Assembly (NCBI GenBank): GCA_038895475.1
Contig: JAWANI010000003.1
Coordinates: forward strand, 1-60,443
Length of the DNA stretch: 60,443 nt
Direction of reading: 5' to 3'
From: Candidatus Woesearchaeota archaeon
Lineage (GTDB): Archaea; Nanobdellota; Nanobdellia; Woesearchaeales; UBA9642
Numbering within the stretch: position 1 is the stretch's first letter; each line of letters opens with the position of its first letter. The notes under the pieces were generated by a model that made no database searches, was not told the origin of the DNA, and saw nothing but the letters and a program-made list of their open reading frames with translations. Shown here in pieces: positions 38,359-48,025 of the stretch. Both the position numbers and the translations under genes were made by a program.

Positions 38359-38810
38359 TTACACTTAAAAGAATTATTCTTAACATGTATTATAAATATT
38401 GCAGTGAACATAAAAAGACCATACACACACGTAGGCATTCCTAATGAAAATCTTGTGTTTTGAGTAAAAAATAATTCTATTATAGCATAATATAAAGAAA
38501 ATAAAATGCCTACGAATGATATTTTTAAAATTAAAAACTTGTTAAATAAATCATCTTTATAATAAAAGGCTATTGATGAAAGTAATAGTATGAAAAAAAG
38601 AATAAAACCATAAACACATACAGGATAACCCCATAAGTTTGCACAGCCCTCATTTATTGGACAGAAACCTAAAAATAATTTTGTATAAGTTAAATAGCCG
38701 GAAAATAGGCTTCCTATTAATGAAAGCAATACCAACAAACTTTTATGATTCATAATGATTGTTATAACTATAAATTTATAAACATTTCTATAAACTAGCG
38801 GCATTTCCAT
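38355..38810 (-). CDS. Small 4-TM membrane protein with conserved Cys motifs (possible VKOR/DsbB-like oxidoreductase)
   Basis: FCPINEGC loop, then GYPVCVYG and GMPTCVYG at TM starts. No canonical CxxC. The start may be the internal ATG near 38753. Confidence 0.4.
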   Translation of the reverse strand: MEMPLVYRNVYKFIVITIIMNHKSLLVLLSLIGSLFSGYLTYTKLFLGFCPINEGCANLWGYPVCVYGFILFFILLLSSIAFYYKDDLFNKFLILKISFVGILFSLYYAIIELFFTQNTRFSLGMPTCVYGLFMFTAIFIIHVKNNSFKCN

Positions 38811-38899
38811 GAGATAGTAATTATTTTATCATAGAAAAAACCTGTCACTACGCAAAAATTTATAAATAAGTTCGTATAACATATATAAAGGGTGGTTTG

Positions 38900-39697
38900 A
38901 TGAAGCGGTTTTTTAGAAAACTCTCAACAGCTTTAGGAAGTGCTGCTTTATTTTTTACAATATCAATCATATTGTTTGGAATAATAAAAGCAACATATTT
39001 ACTTTTAAAAAAGGATTTGTTTATATCAAAATATACGATTGCTGGAACGATTTTTATATTTATAATTTTAGGAATAATATATGGCATAAAGAGTGCTTCA
39101 AAGAAAAACAAATATTCTAAAACAATAAGTATAAACAAGATTAATTTTTTAATGACATTGTTTGTTTCAATAACATTTACACTCGGAGCATATTTAATTA
39201 TTTCAGAAGGTTTCAAAACCTATATTTCCTTAAAAACATTAATCGGTATATTCATAATATTAACGGTGTTAATGTATCCTTTTTGCGCAATTTTTTCACT
39301 CATAATATCTCAAAAGAAAACTGCAAAAAAAAATTATGTATTCTTAATACTTTTTAATCCCTTATTTATAGTAATGTTTTTCCTAATATTTACAACATTA
39401 ATATATAATTCTATATATGTGCCCTGCGGAGTCATAATAAAAGGCATAGAAGAAAACAAAAATACAATAAACACAAAAAACCTAGAAATAAAATCTGGAG
39501 AAATACTGCAAAAGATTGATGATAAAGAAATAAAAAGCATATCTGAAGTAAAAAAATATCTTGAAAATATTGAGACAACAAAAGAAATACAAATAGAAAC
39601 AGAAAAAAACATCTACTATATAAAAACATATGAGGAAAATAACAACAAAAAAACAGGATTAATACTATCACAGGCATATTGTGAGAGAAAATATTAA
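38900..39697 (+). CDS. Polytopic membrane protein with C-terminal PDZ-like domain
   Basis: AAGGGTGG upstream of the ATG at 38900, about 5 TM helices, then IIKGIEEN...GEILQKIDDKEIKSISEVKKYL, a PDZ-like segment. Confidence 0.5.
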   Translation: MKRFFRKLSTALGSAALFFTISIILFGIIKATYLLLKKDLFISKYTIAGTIFIFIILGIIYGIKSASKKNKYSKTISINKINFLMTLFVSITFTLGAYLIISEGFKTYISLKTLIGIFIILTVLMYPFCAIFSLIISQKKTAKKNYVFLILFNPLFIVMFFLIFTTLIYNSIYVPCGVIIKGIEENKNTINTKNLEIKSGEILQKIDDKEIKSISEVKKYLENIETTKEIQIETEKNIYYIKTYEENNNKKTGLILSQAYCERKY

Positions 39698-39749
39698 ACA
39701 TTAAAATTAAAACAATAAGTTTTATATATTTCTTAAATATTTTTAAATC

Positions 39750-40322
39750 GTGAAAGAAACAGAATTTGAACCCGTATATGAGTATATTGAAAAGGAAAAA
39801 GTCCAATTAATAGAAATAAAAATAAAAAAAATTAATCAATTGTTTAATTCCTTTGATCCCAGTCCGTTTCTAGAAAAAGATCTTGATGATGATGCATTTG
39901 AATATATTGTCAGTTCAGTAGAGGAACATCCTCTAAAAACTAAACAAAAAATAATAATACATTTACCAAAAAAAGAACTAAAAAAAATTTCTGAACAAGA
40001 AATAAGAAACGCGATACATCACCATTTCAATTACAGAAAAAAATTGGCTGAAAAAAACATCAAACATAAAATAAGTGAAGGACAATTAAGCTTCATAATA
40101 GGAATAACATTTCTTACATCCTGCTTAATAATCAGCAGATTAATATCCAAAAATTACGACACATTATTGTCTAATATACTTGTTGAAGGTTTAATAATAA
40201 GCGGATGGGTTGCAATGTGGAAGCCTATAAGCAACATATTGTATGATTGGTGGCCGATGAACAAACAGAAAAAAATATATGAAAAAATATCAAATATGGA
40301 AATCACTTTTAAAGAATATTAA
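39750..40322 (+). CDS. Hypothetical membrane protein (GTG start)
   Basis: Acidic N-terminal domain (FDPSPFLEKDLDDDAFEYI) followed by two TM helices. The only in-frame start is GTG. Confidence 0.4.
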   Translation: MKETEFEPVYEYIEKEKVQLIEIKIKKINQLFNSFDPSPFLEKDLDDDAFEYIVSSVEEHPLKTKQKIIIHLPKKELKKISEQEIRNAIHHHFNYRKKLAEKNIKHKISEGQLSFIIGITFLTSCLIISRLISKNYDTLLSNILVEGLIISGWVAMWKPISNILYDWWPMNKQKKIYEKISNMEITFKEY

Positions 40323-40330
40323 TTAACATA

Positions 40331-41107
40331 TTATTTGTCGTTCTGATTTTTTCTTATAAAATAATAGTTTAAATGCCACAATATGTGGAATACAGAAATT
40401 ATAATCATAATTAATCCTGTAATTATATGCCAATAAGAGGTATTTATAGGCAATCTTATTCCAAGAGAATATTCTGCATTTAATATCCATATAAGTGCAA
40501 AAAATGTTGTAAAAACGAAAAACACCAATAAAAGCCAATTCCATATTTTTCTATGTGCAATTAAAGAGATAATATTTTTCTTTGACAGAAAAAAAGTAAA
40601 CAAATACAATGTGGTTGAAATAATGATAATATGCAAAAAATAGTACTTTGTTTTTTTGGAAGATATCTGTTTATATTCAGAAGCGATATTGAGATTGTTT
40701 TTAATTCTTGAGGCTACTTCCTTAACTTGTGACATTCCTAAACCGTTATTGTCATGCAATAATTGTAAAGAATCCTTCGGATAAACTTTTGCATTTATTA
40801 TTTTTCCCAACTCTTCTGCAAACACGTTCTTGTCTATACTATATAATGCTGCAACTTCCTCAACAGTCATTTCTTTTAACTCTGCACCAGATAATTCTAA
40901 GCCATTTGGATTGTTACTGGTTGAATTTACACTGCAATTATGGGGTTCTGATAAATCGCATATTTCATTATAATTATTATCTATATATCTTGAACATTGT
41001 CCTGGAGCAGTATCATTAATTAACCCGAAAGGACATTCTGTTTCTACAGCATAAACAAATAAAGGCAAAAATATTATTAAAAAAATAATGTTTTCATAGT
41101 ATATCAT
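40331..41107 (-). CDS. Membrane protein with Cys-rich outer domain and His-containing 4-TM module (DUF4405/cytochrome-b-like?)
   Basis: Signal anchor, ETECPFG...CSRY...CDLSEPHNC, then TM helices with HRKIWNW and FHILWH. The ATG at 41107 overlaps the peroxiredoxin stop by 1 nt. Confidence 0.5.
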   Translation of the reverse strand: MIYYENIIFLIIFLPLFVYAVETECPFGLINDTAPGQCSRYIDNNYNEICDLSEPHNCSVNSTSNNPNGLELSGAELKEMTVEEVAALYSIDKNVFAEELGKIINAKVYPKDSLQLLHDNNGLGMSQVKEVASRIKNNLNIASEYKQISSKKTKYYFLHIIIISTTLYLFTFFLSKKNIISLIAHRKIWNWLLLVFFVFTTFFALIWILNAEYSLGIRLPINTSYWHIITGLIMIIISVFHILWHLNYYFIRKNQNDK

Positions 41108-41682
41108 TATATTTTTCCCACTAATTCTTTTCCTGGTTTTAACGTTTTCTGCCCCGGCTTCCAATTCATAGGACACACTTCGCCATTATGCTCTTCAACA
41201 AATTTTGCGGCCTGTATCTTTCTCAATAATTCATCAACACTTCTACCTATACTATTGTCATGAAATTCATATGCTTTTAGTATCCCCTCAGGATCTATTA
41301 GAAAAGTTGCTCTTAAAGACAATCCTTCATCCGGCTTGCCATTTTCTATTAAAGTACCATATGCTGTGCATACTCTTTTTGTCGGGTCTGCAAGCATTGG
41401 AAACTTAACTTTTTTTATTGTTTCTGAAGTATCATGCCATGCTTTATGCACAAACCAGGTATCTGTAGAAACAGATATTATTTCTGCACCCAATTTTTTA
41501 AATTCATCATAATGTTTTGCCAATTCGCCCAATTCTGTGGGACATACAAATGTAAAATCTGCTGGATAAAAAAACAAAACAACCCATTTTCCCCTATAAT
41601 CTTTTAAACTTATTTTTTTTACATCATTGTCTATGTATGCATCTTCTTTAAATTCCGGTGCCTTCTCGTTTATTTTTATCAT
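41107..41682 (-). CDS. Peroxiredoxin (2-Cys Prx, AhpC/TSA family)
   Basis: FYPADFTFVCPTE peroxidatic Cys motif, resolving Cys in EVCPMNW. GGAGG upstream. Confidence 0.92.
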   Translation of the reverse strand: MIKINEKAPEFKEDAYIDNDVKKISLKDYRGKWVVLFFYPADFTFVCPTELGELAKHYDEFKKLGAEIISVSTDTWFVHKAWHDTSETIKKVKFPMLADPTKRVCTAYGTLIENGKPDEGLSLRATFLIDPEGILKAYEFHDNSIGRSVDELLRKIQAAKFVEEHNGEVCPMNWKPGQKTLKPGKELVGKI

Positions 41683-41897
41683 TTTTCCTCCAATACTATT
41701 TTATTTTTAACAATTTTTCCATCGTATAAAAATTTATTAAAATCAACATCGTATATTTTCATATATCTTATGTTTCTATTATAAGCTATTATGATTTTAT
41801 GACCGTCATAAATTCCGGCTACTTTAAAACTAAAAAGCACCTCTTGCTCTAATGATCCTTTTGTCAATAACGTGACTAAAGTATGTGTTTTTTTCAT
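41679..41897 (-). CDS. Small hypothetical protein (72 aa) between trxB and prx
   Basis: ORF whose stop overlaps the prx start (ATGA). No motif recognised. Confidence 0.4.
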   Translation of the reverse strand: MKKTHTLVTLLTKGSLEQEVLFSFKVAGIYDGHKIIIAYNRNIRYMKIYDVDFNKFLYDGKIVKNKIVLEEK

Positions 41898-41954
41898 CTA
41901 AATCATCAATATATCTTGTTTTTAAAACTCTCCCTGTTATGTTAATGTTTTAGT

Positions 41955-42854
41955 TCATCTTGAGCGTAAATAGTCATAAGCGCCCAGGGCCGCAGTACAT
42001 CCATCACCTGCAGATATTACCAATTGTTTGTATGGATTATTAACAACGTCTCCTGCAGCAAAAAATCCCGGGACATGGGTCATTTTTTTAGCATCTACCG
42101 AAACATATCCCAATGGATCTAAATTTACTAGATTTTTTATTGGTTCTGTTATAGGAGTATACCCCACATTAACTATTACCCCTTGTAATTGTATGTTTTT
42201 TTCTCCTTCAGGAGTTATGATTGTTATGCCACTAACTAATTTTTCACCATGTATTTCTTTTACTCTAGCATTATGTATTAGCTCTACTTTTTTATTATTT
42301 ATTAGTTTTTCTGCAAGTATTGGATCCCCTTTTATTGTCGGGTTTTTATTTATTAAGTAGACCTTTTCTGCTATTTCTGACATATATATCGCTGATGTCA
42401 ATCCGTTATTTCCTGCCCCCACCACTGCAACGGCTTTTCCCTTAAATAAAGGCCCGTCACATGTCGAACAATATGTTACTCCTCTTCCCTTGAATTTTTC
42501 TTCCCCGGGAACTTTTAATTCCCTGTATTTTGAACCTGTTGCCCAAATTACTGTTTTGGATTCAAAAGTTTTTTCATATGTTTTTACTATAAATTTTTCC
42601 CCCTCTTTTTTTACTTCAGTAACTATGTCTTCTACAATTTTTACATTTAAACTTTTCATATGTTCAAAATATTTTTGTGCTAACTCCATTCCTCCTATAT
42701 GTTTTTCCCCTGGCCAGTTTTCAACATAAGGAGTATTAGCTATTTCTCCGCCAAATTCCGGGCTTATGATTATGAAGTTCATTTCTTTTCTTGCGGCATA
42801 TATTGCTGCAGTTATTCCTGCAAGACCTCCTCCGACAATTATTAAATCATACAT
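41955..42854 (-). CDS. trxB: Thioredoxin-disulfide reductase
   Basis: IIVGGGLAG FAD motif, CSTCDG redox-active disulfide, VVGAGNNG NADPH motif. GAAGGTGG lies upstream of the ATG at 42854. Confidence 0.92.
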   Translation of the reverse strand: MYDLIIVGGGLAGITAAIYAARKEMNFIIISPEFGGEIANTPYVENWPGEKHIGGMELAQKYFEHMKSLNVKIVEDIVTEVKKEGEKFIVKTYEKTFESKTVIWATGSKYRELKVPGEEKFKGRGVTYCSTCDGPLFKGKAVAVVGAGNNGLTSAIYMSEIAEKVYLINKNPTIKGDPILAEKLINNKKVELIHNARVKEIHGEKLVSGITIITPEGEKNIQLQGVIVNVGYTPITEPIKNLVNLDPLGYVSVDAKKMTHVPGFFAAGDVVNNPYKQLVISAGDGCTAALGAYDYLRSR

Positions 42855-42914
42855 TTTTCCACCTTCAATCACTATTCTTAATTCTTAATTTATTAAGTTT
42901 GTTTTTATTTAATT

Positions 42915-43145
42915 TTATTTTATCTTTAATAGTTCTTTTATTCTTTCCCTGTCAAAACCTATTATTATTTCTCCATTTATGTCTATTACTGGAACGCCCA
43001 TTTGGCCCGATTTTTCTATCATTTCCATTGCTCCTGCCCTGTCTCTACTTACATCTATGTCTTTAAAGGAAACATTATTTTGTTTTAAAAATTCTTTTGC
43101 CCTTATACACCAAGGACATGTTGGTGTCGAATAAACAGTTATCAT
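42915..43145 (-). CDS. Glutaredoxin/NrdH-like small redoxin
   Basis: MITVYSTPTCPWCIRAKEFL with CPWC, and a GVPV motif. GGAGGT lies upstream of the ATG at 43145. Confidence 0.85.
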   Translation of the reverse strand: MITVYSTPTCPWCIRAKEFLKQNNVSFKDIDVSRDRAGAMEMIEKSGQMGVPVIDINGEIIIGFDRERIKELLKIK

Positions 43146-43339
43146 TTTTACCTCCTGCACAAAATAACTAAATGTGCTATTTCTTACACTAGTGTAGAAT
43201 TAAACACATATTTATAAATATAATGAAGGAGTGAAAAAAACAGCAAAGAAATGCACACACATATCAAAAAAAAACCAACACTCCCATCACTAGACAACCA
43301 CCCATAGGATATTTAAATTAATCATAATCAAATTTAAAT

Positions 43340-45652
43340 ATGCCTGAAACATTACAAAAAGTGATAACAATAACTGATTTTACACCTAAACCGGAGCATA
43401 AGATGTATCTTAAAGATTTCCAGCCCAGGCTGTATCAAGAAGCAATATTTAATACATGCACTAAACATAATACATTAGTAATATTACCTACAGGAATTGG
43501 AAAAACAGCGATATTTCTTATGATGGCGGCATATAGGCTTAATTTATATCCGAAAAGCAAGATTCTACTTTTGGGACCTACAAGACCTTTAATTGAACAA
43601 TATTATGCAGTATTTAAAAAATATTTTAACATAGAAGAAAACAAAATGAGCGTTTTTACAGGATTTGTAAGTCCTGAAAAAAGGCAGGAATTATGGAACA
43701 ATTCACAAATAATCTTCTCAACACCGCAAGGATTAGAAAACGACATAATGTCAAATCGAATATCATTAAATGATGTTTCACTAATAGGTTTTGATGAATG
43801 CCATAGAAGCGTAGGCGATTACAGTTATAATTTTATCGCAAAACAATATATGAAAAAAGCAATTCATCCTAGAATAATAGGATTAACAGCAAGCCCCGGT
43901 TCAGACAACGAAAAAATACAAGAAGTATGTCAAAATTTATTCATAGAAAAAATAGAAATAAGAACAACAAAAGATAAAGATGTAATGCCTTACGTTCAGG
44001 AAGTTGTTACAGAAAAAATATTTGTAGAACTTCCAGATAAATTAAAAGAGATTAAAACATATTTTGATAATGCGACAAAATCAAGATTGAAAGAACTAAA
44101 AAATTATGGTCTAACAACAGAATCAATAATTAACTCTAAAAAAAATATTCTTGCTGCACAAGCATCATTACATGCAAAAATAGCAAAAGGCGAAAAGGAT
44201 TTTGAAACACTAAAAAGTTTAAGTCTTATTGCGGAAATAATCAAAATATTACATGCACTTGAACTTTTAGAAACACAAGGGGTTTCTCCATTAAAAGAAT
44301 ATTTAGAAAAACTAAATCAAGAAGCAAATTCCGGAAAAACAAAAGCATCACAAAACATTGTTAAAGATATTAATTTCAAAGCAGCATATTATAAGTTAAA
44401 AGAAATTAATGAAATAGAACATCCAAAACTTGAAGAGTTAAAAAAAATAGTTAAAGAAGAACTTAAAGATTTAAACAAAAAGATAATAATATTCTCGCAA
44501 TACAGGGATTCCGGGAATAAAATAACAGAAACAATAAACAATCTCGGATTTAAAGCAAAATTATTTGTTGGACAAGCAAAGAAAAAAGAAACAGGATTAT
44601 CACAAAAAAAACAAAAAGAAATATTAGAACAATTCTCAAAATCCGAGTTTAATGTTTTAGTGTCAAGTTCTGTCGGAGAGGAAGGTTTGGATGTTCCACA
44701 GGTTGATTTAGTTATATTTTATGAGCCGATACCTAGTGCAATAAGAAAAATACAGAGAAGCGGAAGAACAGGCAGATTATCGAAAGGAAAAATAATCATG
44801 CTTATAACAAAAAATACTATGGACGAAGTATATTATCATGTTGCAAGAAACAAAGAAAGAAAAATGTATGATGCAATAAAAACGATAAAAAACACCCCTG
44901 CATTAAATAATTTCATGAACAATACAGAATATAATAAAGAAAATAATAAAATAAAAACATTAAATGATTATTCTCTAAACGATCATTCTTCAAATGAAAA
45001 CAATTTAGAAAACACTTTAAAAATAGTTGCAGATTACAGGGAAAAAGGGTCTCCTGTATTAAAAGAATTAATAAATAAAAACATTACTTTAAATCTTGAG
45101 AAACTTTCAATAGGGGATTTTTTATTAAGCAGTAAAGTCGTCGTAGAATATAAAACAGTTTCTGATTTCGTTGATTCTATAATTGATGGAAGAATGCTTT
45201 CACAGCTAAAAGAACTGAAAAAATATGAAAAACCATTAATAATAATAGAAGGAACAGAAGATATTTATATGATGAGAAAGATACATCCTAATGCAATAAG
45301 AGGAATGCTTGTAACCATTACAATATCTTACGGAATTCCTTTAATTCAAACAAAAAACCACAAGGAAACGGCAGAATTATTATTGTTAATAGCAAAAAAA
45401 GAACAATTGGAAGAAAAATCCGATATAACATACCATTTTGCCAAGCCTTTAACATTAAAAGAACAACAAGAATACTTTATATCTGCATTACCAAACATAG
45501 GAATAGGTGGTGCAAGACCATTATTAAAACATTTCAAAACAATAAAAAACATAGTGAATGCTTCTGAAAAAGAGCTACAAGAAGTAGACTTAATTGGCCC
45601 GAAAAAAGCAAAAACATTGAAAGACCTATTTAATGAAAATTATGAAACATAA
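43340..45652 (+). CDS. hef: Hef (helicase-associated endonuclease for fork-structured DNA; XPF/FANCM-like)
   Basis: PTGIGKT (motif I), DECH (motif II), QRSGRTGR (motif VI), ERCC4 nuclease region (VADYRE...GDFLLSS...VEYKTVSDF), C-terminal HhH2. Confidence 0.9.
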   Translation: MPETLQKVITITDFTPKPEHKMYLKDFQPRLYQEAIFNTCTKHNTLVILPTGIGKTAIFLMMAAYRLNLYPKSKILLLGPTRPLIEQYYAVFKKYFNIEENKMSVFTGFVSPEKRQELWNNSQIIFSTPQGLENDIMSNRISLNDVSLIGFDECHRSVGDYSYNFIAKQYMKKAIHPRIIGLTASPGSDNEKIQEVCQNLFIEKIEIRTTKDKDVMPYVQEVVTEKIFVELPDKLKEIKTYFDNATKSRLKELKNYGLTTESIINSKKNILAAQASLHAKIAKGEKDFETLKSLSLIAEIIKILHALELLETQGVSPLKEYLEKLNQEANSGKTKASQNIVKDINFKAAYYKLKEINEIEHPKLEELKKIVKEELKDLNKKIIIFSQYRDSGNKITETINNLGFKAKLFVGQAKKKETGLSQKKQKEILEQFSKSEFNVLVSSSVGEEGLDVPQVDLVIFYEPIPSAIRKIQRSGRTGRLSKGKIIMLITKNTMDEVYYHVARNKERKMYDAIKTIKNTPALNNFMNNTEYNKENNKIKTLNDYSLNDHSSNENNLENTLKIVADYREKGSPVLKELINKNITLNLEKLSIGDFLLSSKVVVEYKTVSDFVDSIIDGRMLSQLKELKKYEKPLIIIEGTEDIYMMRKIHPNAIRGMLVTITISYGIPLIQTKNHKETAELLLLIAKKEQLEEKSDITYHFAKPLTLKEQQEYFISALPNIGIGGARPLLKHFKTIKNIVNASEKELQEVDLIGPKKAKTLKDLFNENYET

Positions 45653-45708
45653 AATCGTATATTTTTTTATTAATAAAATTTAAATAAATCCTAAAAATAC
45701 AAAATAAT

Positions 45709-46965
45709 ATGGGGGCAATTAAAAAAATATTTTTATTGACTGCAACAGCACTATTTATAAATAACATTAATATACAATTAAAGTATGAAAATAAGAAAAC
45801 AGAATTATTCAATAATTTAGAGGAAAAAGATTATTTTGAAATATATGCTGCCGACAAATATGCTCAAATAATACCTGCAAATTCTTTGAAAAGAGATTTG
45901 AATATTTCAGATTTGGTTTTAAAATTAATACCTGGAGAAACAGCATACATTGATAATCCAGAGATAGATTTAACACCCACAATTACAAAAACCATTTATG
46001 GAAAAACTCTTAGATTGGAAAAACAAGTGCTTCTTCATAATCCTAGTGAACAAAATGAATATGTACTTATAAAAAAAGATCAAGATGGACAATTGGTTTT
46101 TCATATAAATAATAGTGCAGTATTCAATGGCCCGTTTGTAGCATATAAAGAAAATAATAAAATAAGAGTATCCTGTGCGTATGAACTTGGTGATGTGGTG
46201 CCATTAAAAGTTAAGTTAATGGATAAAAACGAAGAATCTATAATTTTTGTTTCTAAAAATAACCAGCCAGCATATTTTATTTCTGAGAATATGAAATATA
46301 AAAAATTAAATGGAGAAGATATAATAGAAATGCTTAAATCATACGATAACGCATATGGAGATTACTTCAATACAAGTCCCAAAACAATGGTGTGCACGGA
46401 CCAATTAACATTGCCTTTCCTTACATCAGGAATAGATTTAGAACAAATAATAGAAAAACACAAAATATCCGGAAATGAATATAAGCACAGGAATATTAAT
46501 GTAATTCTTAAATTGTTAGATATTTATAATGTTAAAAACAAATATATACATTATTTTCATAATGGGGACAAAAAAAAGATATACGCTGCAGAAGGATATA
46601 GTGCTTTAAATCCAGAAAGTTTTGGTATAAATAGTTTCAAAGCTGGGCAAGGCATAATATTTACAAGATATTATAATGACGGTCCATTAAAAGGACAGGA
46701 ACAACGCACCAATGTGCACGTAGGAGTAATATCTGAGGTTAATGATGGGAAAATAATTAAGGTTTCTATGGTTACTTCCAGAGCAGAAAAACCACCTTAT
46801 GATAAAAAAATAATGTCAACTACAGATGTAGATTTTTATCATTGGTATGAAAATTTAAGAAGAGAATATGTTGGATCTGATGAAACACCGCACACACTGA
46901 CATATAGGGTGCTTGCAATTATAGATCTTCCCGAAATAATAAATCATTTCAAGAATGTATTATAA
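45709..46965 (+). CDS. Hypothetical secreted or membrane-anchored protein (418 aa)
   Basis: N-terminal hydrophobic segment. The only hint is a weak NlpC/P60-like TNVHVGVISEV with an upstream Cys (MVCTDQ). Confidence 0.45.
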   Translation: MGAIKKIFLLTATALFINNINIQLKYENKKTELFNNLEEKDYFEIYAADKYAQIIPANSLKRDLNISDLVLKLIPGETAYIDNPEIDLTPTITKTIYGKTLRLEKQVLLHNPSEQNEYVLIKKDQDGQLVFHINNSAVFNGPFVAYKENNKIRVSCAYELGDVVPLKVKLMDKNEESIIFVSKNNQPAYFISENMKYKKLNGEDIIEMLKSYDNAYGDYFNTSPKTMVCTDQLTLPFLTSGIDLEQIIEKHKISGNEYKHRNINVILKLLDIYNVKNKYIHYFHNGDKKKIYAAEGYSALNPESFGINSFKAGQGIIFTRYYNDGPLKGQEQRTNVHVGVISEVNDGKIIKVSMVTSRAEKPPYDKKIMSTTDVDFYHWYENLRREYVGSDETPHTLTYRVLAIIDLPEIINHFKNVL

Positions 46966-46995
46966 AAAAACATATCATAAAAATAGCAAAAATTG

Positions 46996-47586
46996 CTAAT
47001 GTTTTATTATCTTTTTATATATTTCACTAAAATCTTTGTATATCTTTGAATTTTCTATTGGTCCTTTTATTTCCTCATCATTGTTTATTAAAAAATCTGC
47101 CTGTACTAAACACATTCCTACTTGCTGTCCGTTTAATGGTTCTCCAAATCCTCTGTCTCTTGCATCATCAATAACAAACCGGTCATGATTTAACAAATCA
47201 GAATCCCTGTTTCTTTTTTTAACCCTTTCCCATCTTATTTCTAACGGCGCATCTATTCCTATTAGATAAAATTTTGAGTTTTCTTTAAGATATTTTATCT
47301 CATCAAGATTTCTTATACCAATTATAACTAGTGGTGCCGAATAAGATTGAAATTTTTTTAAAGCCCTTTCTGCAAGCACATGCCCACCAAATTCCTTTCT
47401 TAATTGATTACCTAAATCCTGCTGGTTTTGTCTTGTTAATGGAATGCCTTTTTTAGATAATTCTTCTCTTATTATTTCTCCTAAACTTATAATCTGAAAA
47501 CCTTTTTCTTTAAAGAAACCGGCAATTAAATCTTTTCCAGATGCAATCGTTCCTGTTATTCCAACAACTATTTTTTTGTCCATCAT
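46996..47586 (-). CDS. P-loop nucleotide kinase (dephospho-CoA kinase / dNMP kinase-like)
   Basis: GITGTIASGKD Walker A, about 196 aa, kinase-like LID region RWERVKKRNRDSD. Confidence 0.6.
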   Translation of the reverse strand: MMDKKIVVGITGTIASGKDLIAGFFKEKGFQIISLGEIIREELSKKGIPLTRQNQQDLGNQLRKEFGGHVLAERALKKFQSYSAPLVIIGIRNLDEIKYLKENSKFYLIGIDAPLEIRWERVKKRNRDSDLLNHDRFVIDDARDRGFGEPLNGQQVGMCLVQADFLINNDEEIKGPIENSKIYKDFSEIYKKIIKH

Positions 47587-47600
47587 TTTATTGATGTATT

Positions 47601-47828
47601 CTATGATTTATTAATACCATGTTTTAATGCCAATTTAATGTCTTCTGCTTTTATTGTTTTCCTGCCTGCATGAATAGCAAATTTTGACGCAGTCTTCGCA
47701 ATTTCCTCACCATATTCTTCCAGAACAATTCTTAATTCGTCTTTTGCTGGTTCACTAACTCTTATATCTGGGGACCCTTTTTTCAATATTCTTTCCATTG
47801 CAGCTAATGGCAGTATTTTATCAGTCAT
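47601..47828 (-). CDS. Archaeal histone (histone-fold, HMf/CBF-NFY-like)
   Basis: 75 aa: LPLAAMERILKK...RVSEPAKDELRIVLEEYGEEIAKTASKFAIHAGRKTIKAEDIKLALK matches the histone-fold pattern. Confidence 0.85.
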   Translation of the reverse strand: MTDKILPLAAMERILKKGSPDIRVSEPAKDELRIVLEEYGEEIAKTASKFAIHAGRKTIKAEDIKLALKHGINKS

Positions 47829-48025
47829 AACATCACCAATTAATCTAATTTTAAAAAATATATAAATTTTGTGGATATAATTAAAAATAATTTGTTAATT
47901 TTAAATTACATTTAGGTATTAATTTTTAAGAAAAAGAAAAAAAATAATAAAAGAACCAGTATTTATTTTTAAAAAGTTTTCATAAAACATATAAATAAAA
48001 AAAAATATCAGTTAAAGGTGATAAT

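Noticed and set aside
38860-39216. 118-aa minus-strand ORF overlapping the start of the PDZ-membrane protein gene.
   Set aside because: The plus-strand ORF (38900-39697) is longer and has an AAGGGTGG SD and coherent TM plus PDZ architecture. The minus-strand ORF has neither.
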